A stretch of DNA of 64,000 nucleotides from Camelus dromedarius (taxonomy: Eukaryota). The stretch lies in the NCBI RefSeq assembly GCF_036321535.1, contig NC_087437.1, positions 92,134,001 through 92,198,000 of the forward strand, read 5' to 3'. Below, piece by piece: positions 63,238 to 64,000 of the stretch. Position numbers and translations under genes: made by a program. The notes beneath the pieces are model-generated. The model saw only the letters and a program-made list of their open reading frames with translations, ran no database searches and had not been told where the DNA came from. How positions within the stretch are numbered: the first letter of the stretch is position 1; every line of letters begins with the position of its first letter.

Positions 63238-64000
63238 TTCAAAGAAGACATACCAATGGCCAACACGTACATGAAAACGTGTTCAACATCACTAATAATC
63301 AGAGAAATGCAGATAAAAATCATAATGAGATATCATCTCACAACTGTTAGAATGGCTGTTATCAAAAAGACAAGAGATAACAAATGCTGAGAGAATGTGA
63401 AGAAAAGGAACACTGGTGCACTGAAGGTATGAATGTAAATTGACTCAGCCGCTATGGAAAGCAGTATAATTCTTCGGGAAATTAAAAATAGAACTACCAT
63501 ATGACCCTGCAGGTCCACTTCTGGGTATATACCCAAAGGGAACAAAACCATATCTCAGAGATATATCTACACTCCCATATTCACTGCAGTATTATTCATA
63601 ACAGTCAAGGTATAGAGACAATCCAAGTGTTCATCAATAAATGAATATATCAAGAAAATCCCTATGAAATAAATATGGAAATATTGATATATATTTTATA
63701 TGAATGTATAGGCACTTATATATGGGTATATATAAATATAGAAATATTTTTATAAATATGTACAAATATATTTATAGGACTATAAATGGAATATTTTTCA
63801 GCCTTATACAAGAAGGAAATCTTGTCATTTGTGACAAAAAGGATGAACCTGGAGAGCATTATGCTGAGTAAAATAAGCCAGACAGGAAAAAAAAACTAAT
63901 GCATGGTATCACTTGTATGTAGAAACTAAATATTTGAAAAATATATAAACTCATAGAAACATGGAGTAGAAAAATAATTACCAGGGACTAGAGGGTTAGG
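63238..64000 (+). mobile_element. L1MA/MB-like ORF2 end and 3' UTR with internal AT-rich expansion (~63660-63785)
   Basis: The translation [44 protein letters not shown] matches the L1 ORF2 C-terminus. Confidence 0.92.

Overview
AT-rich, CpG-poor eutherian genomic DNA from a gene desert or a very large intron. The source is probably a camelid or other cetartiodactyl, inferred only from recalled lineage-type L1 3' ends at 6309-6752, 43214-43545 and 52660-52782. I found no recognisable host protein-coding gene, RNA gene or CpG island. The ORF track is mostly chance ORFs or transposon remnants. Much of the window is interspersed repeat: L1, L2, MIR, CR1, MaLR/ERVL/ERV1 LTRs, and Tigger and hAT MITEs, often nested. 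The most informative structures are: (1) a ~3.1-kb LTR-less class I ERV gag-pro-pol fossil abutting an opposite-strand L1 endonuclease region; (2) two 'mini-L1s' with the L1 5' end fused to the 3' end; (3) a twin-primed, 5'-inverted young L1 inside a Tigger inside an L1; (4) an ERV1 LTR with a triplicated unit forming GUAA-loop hairpins; (5) a few repeat-free, CpG-retaining exon-like segments (35.0-35.3 kb, 47.1-47.2 kb) that could belong to an unannotated transcript. Subfamily names come from recalled consensus sequences, not from a search, and many boundaries are approximate. I cannot support a claim of a new biological system.
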